The position numbers and the translations under genes are program-made. 64,000 nucleotides of DNA, from the NCBI RefSeq assembly GCF_009914755.1, contig NC_060926.1. One strand, written 5' to 3'. This DNA comes from the human T2T-CHM13v2.0 reference genome, Homo sapiens. Positions 13,276-26,941 of the stretch are shown here, piece after piece (the stretch's first letter is position 1; each line of letters starts with the position of its first letter). Below the pieces are notes generated by a model. That model was not told where the DNA came from and searched no databases. It saw nothing but the letters and a program-made list of their open reading frames with translations.

Positions 13276-13934
13276 TCTCAGCATTGTGAAGAAGGTTTGC
13301 AATTATACGAATAGATTTTTCTGATGGTTTGGGAGATGGGTAGATGAGGAAGAATATGACTTTCTTTATATATGGGTAACTTCCTCTAAATATCACTGTG
13401 TTATTTCACCACTCCTTCTATGTGATCCAAATATATCTCTTTAAGTAACATAGTTGACATGAAGACTGTTTACTCTGCATCTGACTCCTCTAACCACTTT
13501 GAGGATAAACTCTTAGTGTTTCAAGATGTGATCTCATATCACAGTTAAACTAAAAATTATTCTGCTTTCACTACATGATAGGGAAAGTTTAACAATTCAT
13601 TCAACAGATACTTTCCTAAGTGTTAGAACATTTCTATATCCAATAAGGAGAAAAATGCATTCATACAAATTTTGTAGTCAATGATAAAAACAAGAGTTTG
13701 GAATGGCTTCGGGGGAAAACTGCTTCTGCCAGGAACACTTACTTAGTTCTAGGGTAAAAATAAGCTTCACAGATCCAATATCAGTAAGCGATCCTCATCA
13801 AACAGATGCCAAAGTTTGTTTTAAAAAGTGATATATCTACAGTTCACACACAACTTTAAAAATCTATTTGATTTTGTTATGCGTATAACAGAGAAAGTCC
13901 AGGATTGAGGGTTGGGATGTTGGAACTACATAAA

Positions 13935-13958
13935 CTCTCTCTCTCTCTCTCTCTCTCT
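13935..13958 (+). repeat. (CT)n microsatellite
   Basis: Direct read. Confidence 0.95.
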
Positions 13959-14199
13959 TTCTTCCACCCCAGCTTATTGTATGTAACCAGTTTTTCAAAA
14001 TAGAAATGTCAGCATCTGATAACTGTTACATGGATATTTATATTAGTAATAAAAACACTACAATAGTAATAATTTTTGGTCAAATTGATCTGTTATCCAT
14101 CCAACATTTATTGTCTCTCAATAGGATCTAGATGTTTCATGGAGGCGTCACTTTTTCTTCACAAGTCATAGACAAAAGATGTTGGCTCCTGGGGGGAAC

Positions 14200-14652
14200 C
14201 ATGATTATGATACACCTGGCTCTGTGCTTCTATTCCTCTTGCTCCAGTGGGCAGTCACCCAGACCTAATTGTCATATGACAATCTCCTGTCCACTGTGAT
14301 TGCTTTCTGATTAAAGTTATTCCAAACAGATTAAATGCCAGAAATTTTTCCCCAGAATTTTTTGGTGGTCAGCGGAGGAACAGTCTCTGAACTGGAAAGA
14401 GGCCAGCATTTTATTGTTTGCTGCCATCTTGAGAACGTAATGGGATCTAGCCTTTGCATTAAGCTGTTACTGTCAAAGGTTAGAGTTGGGAGAAAACTTG
14501 AATGCTGAGAAATACTGTTGAGGCTCTAACATTTTTTTGGAGTCCACCCTACGTTTGAACTTTTCTGTTGGGTAAGCCAAACATTTCTGTTTGTTTCTTA
14601 TGCCAGTTTCATGTAGCTTTCCTGCTGCTTGAAAATGAATACCTAATCACAA
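14200..14652 (+). mobile_element. Old MLT1 (ERVL-MaLR) LTR
   Basis: GCTGCCATCTTG...TGAACTTTTCTGTT...TATGCCAGTTT...CTGCTGCTTGAAAATGAA resembles the MLT1J/K/L 3' end. Confidence 0.55.
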
Positions 14653-14659
14653 TGGCATT

Positions 14660-14875
14660 GATAGCAGTTATTATTTAAGTAATTTCTGGTCAAAAGGCAT
14701 TGTGCTAAATGGTTCATTGGGAGGCAGATACTTTGATTACCTCCATTTCATAGCTAAGGAAACAGATTTGGAGAGGTTAAATGGCTTACTTAAGATCACA
14801 CATTTAAAAGACATCAGAGTTGCAATTCGAACTGCATCTTTCTAATGATAAATTTCATACATTTGAACCTTCCAC
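14660..14875 (-). mobile_element. MIR SINE
   Basis: GGCATTGTGCTAAATG...CCATTTCATAGCTAAGGAAACAG...GAGAGGTTAAATGGCTT...AAGATCACAC. Confidence 0.8.
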
Positions 14876-14887
14876 CATGGATGAGAC

Positions 14888-15108
14888 AATGGGCTTAAAC
14901 TTTGATGTCACACTATCTAGCTGTGTGGTCTTGGGCGAGTTACTTAACTTCAGTAGTTCTTAATTTCCTTAACCATAAATTGGGGACAATAATAGTCCCT
15001 AGCTGATATAAGAATTAAGGGAGCTAACATGTATAAAAATTACCTGTATAATAGAAAATTACCTATATAATAATTATTAGACAATAAATATTAGATCGTC
15101 ATAATTAC
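14888..15108 (+). mobile_element. MIR SINE
   Basis: CTAGCTGTGTGGTCTTGGGCGAGTTACTTAACTT...GGGGACAATAATAGT. Confidence 0.8.
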
Positions 15109-15317
15109 TAGGCTTGCATTTATTCATTTTCAGATTAGGTTTTCTAACCAACAGAATACAGATTCTTCAGGCACATCACCACTACCTCCAAACAGACCTA
15201 AATAAACATAGTAACATGGGGTTTTCATTTTTATAGAGCTCAGGCTTAAATGGTTGCAATATTTCTGGTGTTCTCTCCCTATCCCACATGTATTTGACTT
15301 TATTGATATTTTTTCTC

Positions 15318-16660
15318 GACAAATATTTATTAAGAGCTTAGCTTGTGTTGAGGTGTATTGGAGATGGGAAACAGAGTAGCAAACATAAAGCAGATAAGGT
15401 TTTTACCTTCTTGGGACTTAACAGTCCTGTGGGCTGGAGGAAGAGACAGATTATTAAATAGGTAAGCTCATATGCACACAAATATATTTCTGACAGAAGT
15501 GCTACCAAAGTAAGGAATAGTGTGAGAGCATATAAATGGAGGCTCAAATCTAGTCCAGGAAATAAGGATCCCCTGAAGATGTGATTTTTATCTTTCCCCT
15601 AAACGCTTTTCTAGATTTTTTTTAATCCAGAAAAGGGTTTAGGAGAAGGACAACAGCATTCACATCAGCCCTGAGACAGGAAATAACTTTGTGCTCTTAG
15701 GAAACTCTTAACATCTTCTTGTAGTTATAATAGAGTGAGGTATGGAATTTATATGGTTAGTGAAGTGGCTGGAGAGGTTGACGAAAACAAGATTATACTA
15801 CATTTTGTTGGCCATCTTATAGATTTTGGGATACGTCCCAAGATTCTTAAGTAAGGCCATGGTATGGTTTCATTTTGTTTAAGAAGTCACTGACTATTTT
15901 GTGAAGAATTGATTGGACAGGCATACAGGCAGATTTGCAAAGAACAATTGAGAGAAGAGTTTATTAGTCTTGAAGAGTAAAAATACCTGTAGGTGATTCG
16001 AACCAAGGTCATGGTAGACTGATAAAGGAAGGTAGCTGAATCAACAATTATTTAAGAATTTGAATTAATGAAATTTGGTAATGAACTAAATATAGTTAGT
16101 TGATGGACTAGATGTTATAGTATTCCATGCACATCCCTTCCACTGAAGCAGCTACTATTTAGTTGTTTGCTTGGCTCACAATTTCTCCTTTCTGCAGAGA
16201 AACACAAGAAATTTCTTAGAAGTGATATACCACTCTACATTCTTCATACCTATACTCCCAGACAATAATGAAATCGCCAAAGGACTGCCCCCCTTCAAAG
16301 AGAATATTTTCTATATCCAAATCCCTGTATCAGCCTCTGGTTCTAGGGAACAAACAAACAAAAAAAAGATAGTTGAGCACTTGGCAAAGGACAAAAAGAT
16401 TTCCAGGATGATTCTCAATCTTTTTATCAAAGCAACTTTTACTCTCACTGTGGGTGGAACTGGCCAAGACGTGAGTTCAGTTTGGGAGGCACTGGGTTTG
16501 AGACCTATAAGAACAAACCAAGTAGAGATGTCAAGTTGTCACTTAGCTATATAGGGCTCTGGATTTCAGAAAGGACTGGAAATAAAATTAGAGTGTATTG
16601 ATATCATAAAAAGTAAAGGCAGCGTGGGAATGGGAGAGAGAGTAGTGTGAGAGAACGGTC
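15318..16660 (-). mobile_element. L2 LINE, interrupted by an ERVL LTR at ~16112-16362
   Basis: ACAAATATTTATTAAGAGCTTA start and typical L2 purine-rich body (GTGGCTGGAGAGG, GTAGAGATGTCAAGT). Confidence 0.75.
16112..16362 (+). mobile_element. ERVL LTR fragment (LTR16/LTR33 group)
   Basis: 3' end AAATCCCTGTATCAGCCTCTGGTTCTAGGGAAC is typical of these LTRs. Confidence 0.5.
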
Positions 16661-16966
16661 AAGACTCCTCTTGAAGATATGTAATTGGCAGTGAGCCATT
16701 TGCTAACACAATTCTCTCTAATTCCTCTCTAAGGGCCCTTTTATGTTGAGTGTGGGAACTTTACCCTTTTGGTTTGTTTGGGTGTGGAGGCTATTTCTGA
16801 AATAATATCAAGTACTTTCACAGCTTTCAGTTCTTTGTACTATGTATCGGAAAAAAGATGTGTGAAAGCTTTTTTCCCCACCTCTGCAGCCCATCAGCTT
16901 TATCTATGGTTGACTCTAAAGGCAAAACCATTATGGATCATTTTTAAACCATTCATAGTTTGCTTC

Positions 16967-17487
16967 TGAAGAGCTTCAGGACACATTATCCCAAATATGG
17001 CACCTTGGCATTTGAGAAAACAGTAGAAGCAAGAAGGCTACTCTTAGCTTTGCTGTGCTTTTTTCCTGTGAGGCAGGTCACAAAACCTAGGAAGGTAATT
17101 TTCTGACCTTTCCTCACTCTGCTCCCCCAGAGCAGGTCACAGGATCCTCATTTGAGAAATGCGCTCCCTTTATCTGGAGGAAAGGAGCCAAAGACACAGA
17201 GATGCCGTGAGAAATTCCAACAAACAGATCTTACTAAGTTGTCCCAGTTTATTATCATTAGATCATACCATTTTGTTCCATGACTGCTCACTTTTAATCA
17301 AATTTAAGCATAAAAACAAGTTTACCTATTTCTTTGGTGTTTCTTTCCTTACGAAGTTTCTCACATCATGTAAAACTTGTATGAAATAAATGTATCTACT
17401 TTTCTCTTGTTAATCTGTCTTCTGTTATAGGAGCCTCAGGCACAAACCTAGAAATTGCAAGGAAAATAAATCTTTCTTCCCTTATAC
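16967..17487 (+). mobile_element. ERV1 solo LTR, LTR54-like
   Basis: TGAAGAGCTTCAGGACAC...CCCAAATATGGCACCTTGGCAT...AATAAATG...TTTTCTCTTGTTAATCTGTCTT. Confidence 0.65.
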
Positions 17488-17498
17488 CTCTTCTTAAT

Positions 17499-17805
17499 TT
17501 TACTTTTATTTTAGTTTTAGAATTGGGATCTTGCTCTGTCTCCTAGGCTGGACAGCAGTAGTATGATCATAGCTCACTGTGGCCTCGAACTTCTGGGTTG
17601 AAGCTTCCCTCCCACCTCAGCCTCCTGAGTAGCTAGGACTACAGGTATGAGCCACCATTCCTGGCTATTGGTTTTTTAACTTTTGTAGAGACAGGGTCTC
17701 TCTATTTTGCCCAGGCTGGCCTTGAACTCCCGGCCTCAAGCAATTGTTCCACCTTGGCCTCCCAAAGTGCTAGGATTACAGCTATGAAGGACTGTACTCT
17801 GCCTC
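17499..17805 (-). mobile_element. AluJ
   Basis: GATCATAGCTCACTGTGGCCTCGAAC and GTAGAGACAGGGTCTC are J-type diagnostics. Confidence 0.93.
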
Positions 17806-18889
17806 ACCTATAACTCTTTATAGTCAAAACGGATTACTCCTCTCATCATCTCTAAATTGAATAGGATCTATAGAATCTAACCTTATTTCCAGCCAATGAA
17901 TGGAAAGACAACGTGTTATATCCTACCAGCCTACTTTCCCTTCCTCTGTTGCCATCTTGTCACAAAAACGTCTTCACATGTGTTTGAGACCATCACTTGA
18001 CAAAATTTTTTCTTTGATGCTGTTTATGTGCTTCCATTTTCCTCTCATGCAATTTTAATTTCAGAATTCAGAGTTTCCTAAACCAGCGGCTCAGCTGTTT
18101 CTGCTGCAGGAAAGGTTGTGGGCAAAAGGATGTTTGTTTTGTTCTTTAATCTGGAGTTTTCTCTTCTATGATGGATACAGTAAAGGAGCAGGGAAAAAGA
18201 TTTTCCTCCTGAAAGAAAGGAGTAGGATAGCTCTTCACTTGGGCAAAAGGATAGCGGTCAAGCTAATTATTTATATTAAGCTACTTATACCTATTGTGGT
18301 ACTAAAGTATAACTTTGTATGAATTCCAATAACTTGTAAGCCTAATTATACGGTATAAAATATAAAAATGCTATGATAGATTTTAAAAAGAAAATGGAGT
18401 AACCCAAGAATGTGATGCAAATTATGTTTATATATAATTTTGAGATTCTCAGCTCCTACAGCTTTCCAATATTACATACCACTTACGTGGGCATAGAGTT
18501 CAGTTTTTACAGGGTGATTTGTAGCCTATCCATAACAATGAGAAGCTATTTGGCCATGTATAATAAAGATTGTTATGCAAAACTGTTCCTTTGGCATGGT
18601 ACATTTTTTTATTTAAAGAAACAATTCAAATTCCCTGTAGGTAAGGAAATAAAAGAACAAAAGGTTATATGTTGTACAGGTAGGAATGAAAAGGAGAAAA
18701 ATTGAGGGATTTCTTATTCTTTTATGTAATTACAGGATTTGAGACTGATGTTATTTGTTGCCTTCTGTTTTCCTCCATTTAATTATAGAAAGGCCTACCT
18801 TCTCTAGACAGTACATTTCCTTGGGAGAAGGCGACCCAGTGATATTCACAGGGTTATCCCCCTTGAAACCAATACAATAGCTGGTGTGT

Positions 18890-19105
18890 AGAAAGAAAAA
18901 TGTAAGTATGACTTAGAAAAAAAGGAAGAAAAACAGAATGAAAGAAAATAAGAAGCCAAGAAAGAAGAAAAGAGTAAAGAGAGGAACTGAGAAAGAGGGA
19001 AAAGCAGAGGAAATTTTTGAAAGGGAGTGTGGGGGCAATCATAGAAAGAGGGACAGAAGACAACAACGGACAAGAAACTGAAAACATATAGGGAAAGAAA
19101 GGGTC
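18890..19105 (+). repeat. GA-rich low-complexity tract
   Basis: Purine-dominated for ~200 bp. Confidence 0.7.
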
Positions 19106-20394
19106 CTTCGTGGATTTGTCATTTCACAGATTTACAACTGGAATCCACCTTTTATCAAAATACGTGTGTTGAGAGACATGGCATTGCATTTCTTACTACA
19201 TACTGTGCTAAACCCTAGGTGACCTCTTATTTTTGGTAATAAAAGTTATAATTTCAGCAAATAGGTTTTATCCATTAACTCCATAGCCTCCTTGATATAA
19301 CCTGAGATTAAGTTAAATTTAAAGTCCAAGTGAGCTCAAAGGTGTAGGTGAAGGTTGTTGCTATTAGGTCTAACTGAATAATAGCTCTCTGCAAAATCCC
19401 AGCCACATAAAAGCACTGCTCTGGCAGTCATAGCAACCTTGCCAGCTTTGGATGTGATTGCTGACAGAGAGTTCACTGATTTTTCCATGGAGAATCCTGA
19501 AGCTTGCTGTTCGGGTTGACATTTTTACAACTGTGTAGTTGAAAAGGGAGATTTGCAGTCATGCCCCCTCCCTTCCTTCTTTCTTTTCTTCCTTTCACTC
19601 ATTGTCTCATCCTCATCCTCTTTCTTTCTTTCATTGATTACAACCATTTCATTAGAAAATGTTCAGGCCACAGTTTGAGGATATAAGGATTAGAGCTTTG
19701 CCATGACAGTTTCTAAAACTATAACTTCTCAAATATTTTATACATTCATGTGCAAAATGTGAAGCCCTGGGGGAGAGTGCAGTGAGCTACGATCTATGGT
19801 TTACAAGTGCTGTCGTTGGGAGAAGTTACACAGGACTCTTCACATAACTCAGCAGGTGATTTATTCCTATTTAGGGATTTCGGGCTGTACTATAGGCACA
19901 TAAATTGAAACAAGCTGACAAATGGCTTCTATGCTTCAGTGCTGATATCTCGAAAGGCATTGCACATGCTCCAGGTATAGAATCCTTTGGAGCAGGGATC
20001 TCTGAGAGCTATGTGAGGCAGTAATAGGCTGAATGGTCTGACAGCTACCTGGTAACCTTGGTCTGGCACCTGGGGTGTTTCTGAACTGAGTTTTCTCATC
20101 TGTAAAATATAAGGAATAGCCAGGATTTCATGCGTCTTGTCCGAGATGGCTGCTGAACATTGATATCAACAGAGTCTCCTGAGCTTACAGTACTTAAGAT
20201 AGTTTGTCCCAAGCTAAGACTAACCATAGGTCAGCAAACTGCTCATCACAGAGGAGTCTGTGGTGTTTCAGTTACTAGTTATAATATACTCAGCTAAGAA
20301 TGGCTTTTCAGAATTCAGCTCAAATTACCAAAAAAATTGTTTACATAAAATTGTACCTTTACCTTCTGTGCCCTCTGAATTTCTAACCAAACAG

Positions 20395-21335
20395 GTTTTC
20401 ATTCAGCAGATATTTAGTGAATGCCTAATGTGTGCTGGGCTAGGAATCCTTCTGGGAATTTCCTTACATCATTAAAATTCTTTGTAAATATGGTTTTGGA
20501 TGGCAATTTATCCGTGAAGAATACTACCATGAACACGTTGGAAACAAAATCTTATCCTCAAGGAGTTTACATCCTAGAAGGGATGACTGTCAATTTTAAA
20601 GAAAGAAAAGCCAGCTTGGTAAATCTAGAGTATGCTGAACAGTGCTAAATACTAAGAAAAAAATAAATCTGGGGAAGGCTCCCTGCACTCCCTTTGCACA
20701 GAGACTTTAAGAAAGTATACAGCATGGCCCCTGGACTGAAGGTGCTCAGGTTAGTAAGGGAGTGTCATGCAGGTCAACACATGTCGCACATGGACCACAA
20801 ATGCCTGCCACCAGCAGGATGCACGGGGACTTCTGGGAGGGGAGTGGACAGGATACTTATCTGTGACTGGAATGTAGGTGAGAGGTGGAGAAGAGAGTGA
20901 AGGATAACTTATAGAGGGGGCAGCATTTGTTTTGGGTCTTGAAAGAGGTAGAAAATTCTTCCAGATGGCCAAACTGACAACGGTGAATGCGTTACAGGGG
21001 TAGACAAGAGTCCCATCAATATAATCATGAGCTGAATTCAGCCAGAAGTTGTGAATTCATTTAGGCAAGGATAAGCCAGTAAACTGAAGAAAGGAGCTGA
21101 CCTGGGTTTGATTGGCATATGAGAGAGGAGGCAAAGGACCATGGAAGGCAGGCTCAGATCACACCTGCTCCTCTTCTCTGTGAAATAGCACACTTGATTT
21201 GGCTGGAACCTTGGATGATAGAGTAACTGGCTCAGATTTGTATTTTTGAAATGTCACTTGATAAATAAATGTCACTTGAAGAGGAGTAATCTGGGGGGGC
21301 AGGACTGTAGGTGGGGAGACCATTTGTTCAGTGCA
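20395..21335 (-). mobile_element. L2 fragments
   Basis: TTCATTCAGCAGATATTTAGTGAATGCCTAATGTGTGCTGGGC and later L2-like segments (TTGGGTCTTGAAAGA, CAGATTTGTATTTTTGAAA). Confidence 0.6.
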
Positions 21336-23970
21336 GAATAGGCATTCAGCAAAAGTTTGAGAGTTGTTTTTTTACTCTTAATTGTTGGCTTCCCTAATCT
21401 TCATTACTTACAATGTGCCCACATGGTTCAAATGACTTGCTAACTACTCACAGAAGGAGCTGACATCTATCAAATTAATAATGCTTTATTCAATAGTGCT
21501 GATTGCAATCAAAAGAGTGATATTTAAAATATTACTAATTGTTTGTATTTTGTTGAGTGGGGAGAGAAGAGATCCTTCAATGAGTTTCATCCTACACTAA
21601 ATAAAAAAATAATAAGCTGATAAGCTGCCATCCAAAACTATATTTACGAAGAATTTTAATGATGTAAAAAAATTCCTACAGCATTGGAAATAAAACGAAA
21701 AAATTGCATGTATAATCTGAGTTCTATTTTATGTGCATATGCATGTGTATATATGTTTATTTTATACATATTAATAAAATATGACAAATTTAATCATTGC
21801 TGTCTTCAGCTATTTGGATGAATGGGTTGTTTTTGCTTTTATACTCATCTTTTTTGTTGACAAAAGTATGTTCTAAACATTCTATCAGTAAAACTATTAA
21901 TTTGAAAAAATAAAATATAGGAAGTTTCATGTATTTAATTCTCCTCAATCATGAAATTGTTTTCATATCCCAGCATTTCATAATGCTTCTTAAGTTATGG
22001 GTATAGAAAATGATTAACTTGTCAAAATGTCAAAAGGGCACTTTTATCCATTATAAAATAAAGCAGGATGACTCAAATTAAGATTTATATGTATATATAT
22101 TGTTATTCATTAAGTATGTCTGTGTGAAGGTGACAGCAATCCATTTCCAAAAATGGTTTATGTAATTTGAAAGATAAAAGGTGCAACTGGTGGGTGGATC
22201 TAGAGATGCAAAGAAAACACAACTTTAGGAATCTAACTCAGGAGACAATATTCTTATCTTGTTTCTTCTTATTCTATTTTTCTATTTCTCTTTCCAGTTT
22301 GTATTTTTCTTCATGTTAGCATTATTCTTTCTTATGACAGATGTATATTCTTTCCATAATACAGGCTTAGCAATCCCAGTAGGCAAACCAAAAGAAAACC
22401 AGACAAAGTGACATAAAATCTCCCAGGATTATATATCAATCCAAGGGATGCCATTGTTTGGGTTATATACCCTTCATTGTGCCAAGCAGTGTTGCTGGGG
22501 TAGTGGGATAGAGGGCAGCGATTATCCAGGCCTACTCTAAGAATTGGACAGGGAAAGACACTGTAATTGAAAGCTATGTACTAAATGATTAAGTAGTAGT
22601 CCTGCCATCCATTCTCTCCTTTTATTGGGGGCTGCCCTTGGAAGAGATAGGACACATAGCTTATGAACATATCTAAATGAAAATAGTGAAGTTCCATGAA
22701 CAAATCAACTACTCTTCTGTACGTTATTTGAATTCATACCATGTTTCAAAACCTCCTATGTTAATCTGGGCCTGGAGTAAATCCTGATGTGGTAAGAACA
22801 GATTTGAAGAATGGTGTTTGAGGTTCTAGATTTTTCCATCCTTTTATTGCATCTCATGATTACTTCTATTCTGACACTTTAATAGCAGTTGATACTGAGT
22901 AAAATCTCTGTTTTTTTCTAGTGTTATATGACAATCCAATCCTTCGTGTTAAGCCCTGCCAGAAACATGTGCAATGGTGGTTGGATAGTTCCCTAAAGAA
23001 AAAAGTGGATTTACACAATTTAATTATTTTTGTAAAAATTTTCTGAATACCAGTCATATACTGAAGAACTTATAGAACAGGAAGTATAATTTAATTAATT
23101 AAGATCAATTTTTTATCAAGGCAAAGTGACAGATATTATCATAAATAATAGAGATGCAAATATGTTTCTTAAGAAGAACTTTCATCCCCAGTTTTCTAGA
23201 AAAATCCTTTTCATATTTTAAACTGTCCAAATTTCTGGATTGGATTTCTTTGAAATGCAAGGTAAACTTCTTCAAAATTCAATCTAGTAAAAGACAAAAC
23301 AACTTTTTTTAGGTTTACTTGCACTCTTTCCTCCAACAGGACTTGGACAATGGGAATTTTTACATAAATAAACCAAACAATAAATATGTATTTCACAAAA
23401 GGCAATTGGTTGGGTATTTTAGAACTTCTGGTGAGAGTCAACAGAAGACAGAAATCAGGAGCTACATAATTAGTACATTATAGTCTCAATTATTCATACA
23501 CGTTTTAGAATAACCTTCCTCTATAATTATAAACTTGATTTATCCTGCTTGAAAAAGTAGTGCTCTAGAAACTGGGGTATGTATGCATAGGATAATATGA
23601 GAATTGGTCATGAGGATTTCTTCCCTTAGCCAAATCAGATACCCAATTCCATCTGGCTTCTGTCTTTAGATTGGCTTGAAGGAAACCTTGCTAATCATAT
23701 TTATTTTTAGAGATCAATCAGAGAATAATCAGATTATAGCCCCAAATATATTATCTTCTTCAGTAATAATATTAAAAGTCTGCTTCATTCCTAAATCTAT
23801 TACATATTTTTAACACTTAATTGGGTTTATACTCACATGCATAATGTAATAGTCACTAATTGTTTTACTGCATGTTGTCCTACACCTACACTATAGAATT
23901 CTATAGTTTCAACTTGTCACAATTGTAGGTATTCACATTTTAATTTTTGGAAGCTCTCACCTCACAGTAC

Positions 23971-25810
23971 TGATATAGATTGACTGTGTCTCCATTCAAA
24001 CCTCATCTTGAACTGTAACTCCACAATTCCCACGTGTCATGGGAGGAACTAGGTGGGAGGTGATTGAATTACAGGGGCGGGTCTTTCCTGGGCTGTTCTC
24101 GCGTTAGTGAATGAGTCTCATGATATCTGATAGCTTTAAAAATGGCAGTTTTTGTGCATAAGCTCTCTGTTCATCTGCTGTCATTTACATAAGATGTGAC
24201 TTGCTCTTCTTTGCCTTTCACCTTCTGCCATTATTGTGAGGACTTCCCAGCCATGTGGAACTGTAAGTCCACATCTTTTGTAAATTGCCCAGTCTTTGGC
24301 ATGTCTTAACAGCAGAGTGAAAGGAAACTAATACAGTGAATTGATACCAGGAGTGGGGTTCTTCTATACCCAAAAATTTGGAAACAACTTTGGAACTGGG
24401 TAACAGGCAGAGGTTGGAACAGTTTGGAAAGCTCAGAAGAAGTCAGAAAAATGTGTGAAAGTTTGGAATTCCCTAAAGCTTGTTGAATGCCTTTGACCAA
24501 AATGCTGATAATGATATGGACAATGAAATCCAGGCTGATGTGGTCTCACTGGGAGATAGGGAAATTGGGAAATGGAACAAAAGTGACTTTTGTTATGTTT
24601 TAGCAAAGAGACTGGTGGCATTTTGACCCTGTCCTAGGGTGCAAGCCCCAAGCCTTGGCAGCTTCCATGTGGTTTGAGACTGTGGGTGCAGAGAAGTCAA
24701 GAATTGAGGTTTGAGAATCTCAGCCTAGATTTCAGAGGATGTACGGAAATGCCTGGATGTCTAGGCAGAAGTTTGAAGCAGGGGCAGAGCCCTCAAGGAG
24801 AACTTCTGCTAGGGCAGTTCAAAAGGGAAATGTGGGATTGGAGCCCCCACACAGAGTTCCTACTGAGGCACCACCTAGGAAAGCTGTGAGAAGCAGACCA
24901 CCATCTTCCAGAACCCAGAATGGTAATTCCACTGACAACTTGCACCATGCACCTGGAAAAGCTGCGGACACTCAGCACCAGCCCATGAAAGCAGCTGGGA
25001 TAGTGGCTGTACCCTGCAAAGCCACGGGGGCAGAGCTGCCTAAGACCATGGGAACCCGCCTGTTGCATCAACATGACCTGAATGTGAGACATGAAGTCAA
25101 AGGAGATCATTTTGGAGCTTTAATATTTAACTGCCCCGCTGGATTTTGGACTTGAATGGCACTTGTAGCCTCTTTGTGTTGGCCAAATTCTCCCATTTGG
25201 AATGGCTATATTTACCCAATTCCTGTACCCCCATTGTATCTAGGAAGTAACTAACTTGCTTTTGATATTACAGACTCAAAGCCAGAAGGGACTTGCCTTG
25301 TCTCAGATGAGATGTTGGAATGTGGACTTTTGAGTTAATGCTGAAATGAGTTAAGACTTTGGAGGACTACTGGGAAGGCATGATTGCTTTTGAAATATGA
25401 GGAAATGAGATTTAGGAGTGGCCAGGGGAGGAATGATATGGTTCAGTTTTGTCCCCACCCAAATCTCATCTTGAATTGTAATTCCCACAATTGCCACATT
25501 TCATGGGAGGAACTAGGCCAGAAGTGATTGAATTATGGGGGCATGGTCTTTCCCGGGCTGTTCTCATGATAGTGAATGAGTCTTATGATATCCGATTGTT
25601 TTAAAAACAATAATTTTCTGCACAAGCTCTCTCTTTGCCTGCTGCCATCCACATAAGATGTGACTTACTCCTCCTTGCCTTTCACCTTCCACCATTATTG
25701 TGAGGCATCCCCAGCCATGTGGAACTGCAAGTCCAATAAATCTCTGTTTTTTGGTAAATTGCCCAGTCTTAGGCATGTCTTTATCAGCAGTGTGAAAATG
25801 GACTAATACA
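23971..25810 (+). mobile_element. THE1A-like MaLR provirus: 5' LTR 23971-24335, internally deleted int 24336-25433, 3' LTR 25434-25810
   Basis: Both LTRs run TGATAT...CTAATACA; polypurine tract GGCCAGGGGAGGAA precedes the 3' LTR; 5-bp TSD AGTAC/AATAC; the ORF at 24739-25155 is typical MaLR-int translation. Confidence 0.92.
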
Positions 25811-26319
25811 AATACAGTTAGATTTCTTCTTGGTATGTTTATCTTCATTCTCTACCATTTCTATCCATCCTTCTTGTAGCATGGTACTCGGAGATGAACT
25901 ATGTTTTAGTCAAAGATAGGATACTAGTCTTTCACTTTCTTTTAGTTTTCTAACCCCCACTGGGCAGTTGCCCTCATTTTCAAAATAGAAATAACTCTCT
26001 TGCATGTGTGTTTTGGCCAATAATATATCTAAAATGCTTGTATGCCTAGCATATGATAGACATTTAGTAAATGCTAGTTTCTATTTGAATACTCTCACTC
26101 CCACTCTCTACATTCTCATAGTTCCTTCTTTAGCTTTTTCCTTTTCCTTTCTCATTTTAATGCCTCTAAGTTGTTATAGATACTAGTAATATGTTACCTT
26201 TTGCAACTAGCTTATATTAATTTGGATGTTATATAATATTTTATTTTGTTATAGAATCTACCAATTGATATAGCATGGAATTTGAACTTCTGGTGCATTT
26301 ATCCAGGTTCGATCTGTCT

Positions 26320-26900
26320 ATTTTATGAAAGCCTCCAAATCACTTCCCACTTAAGCATAAAAATTATTAGCTTGAAATGGCTATAAGATGCTGAACAATC
26401 TGGTTCCTGTAATGATTTTATGACCTCTATTTCACCTACCCTTCCTCTTGTTCAGTCACCTTCATTCAGGCTGGGTTCTTCCTTGTTGATCCTTCAACAA
26501 ACAAGCATGCTCCTGACTCAGGACTTTTGCACTTGCTCTCCCCACTGCCTGAAATGCTAACACTTTGGATTTCCCCATAGCCAATGCTCATCTTCTTTAA
26601 GTACGTTCTCAAGTTGCACCTACTCAGAAAGGCCCATGTGTATCTTACTATTTAAGCTGAACCTTGCCCCAGCCTATCCACTTACTCTTATCTTTTGGAA
26701 TTTGTTCTTGCATGCAGCATAAATAATTTGCTTATTTTATTTGTTACTTCTAAATAATATTCATTTATCATAATTATTGTTCTTGGAGCTTAAACCACAT
26801 GGGGGCAGGGTGTTATATCTATTTTGAACATTGATGAATCTCTGCTATTTGACTTATAGCAGGCACTCAACAAAAATATTTTGAATGCATGAGTAAATTT
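26320..26900 (+). mobile_element. L2a 3' end
   Basis: CTCAGGACTTTTGCACTTGCT...TAGCAGGCACTCAACAAAAATATTTTGAATG. Confidence 0.8.
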
Positions 26901-26941
26901 GCCCAAATTAGGCTCATTCTTATAATTTTCATAACAGTTTT

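Noticed and set aside
20908-20926. AGAGGGGGCAGC partial CTCF-like motif
   Set aside because: Lacks the conserved 5' CC and lies within L2-like sequence.
24739-25155. 138-aa ATG ORF
   Set aside because: It is a remnant of the THE1 internal region, common to thousands of copies.
24236-25722. PRDM9 13-mer in the THE1A LTRs
   Set aside because: The LTRs read GACTTCCCAGCCAT and GCATCCCCAGCCAT, not the hotspot allele CCTCCCTAGCCAC.
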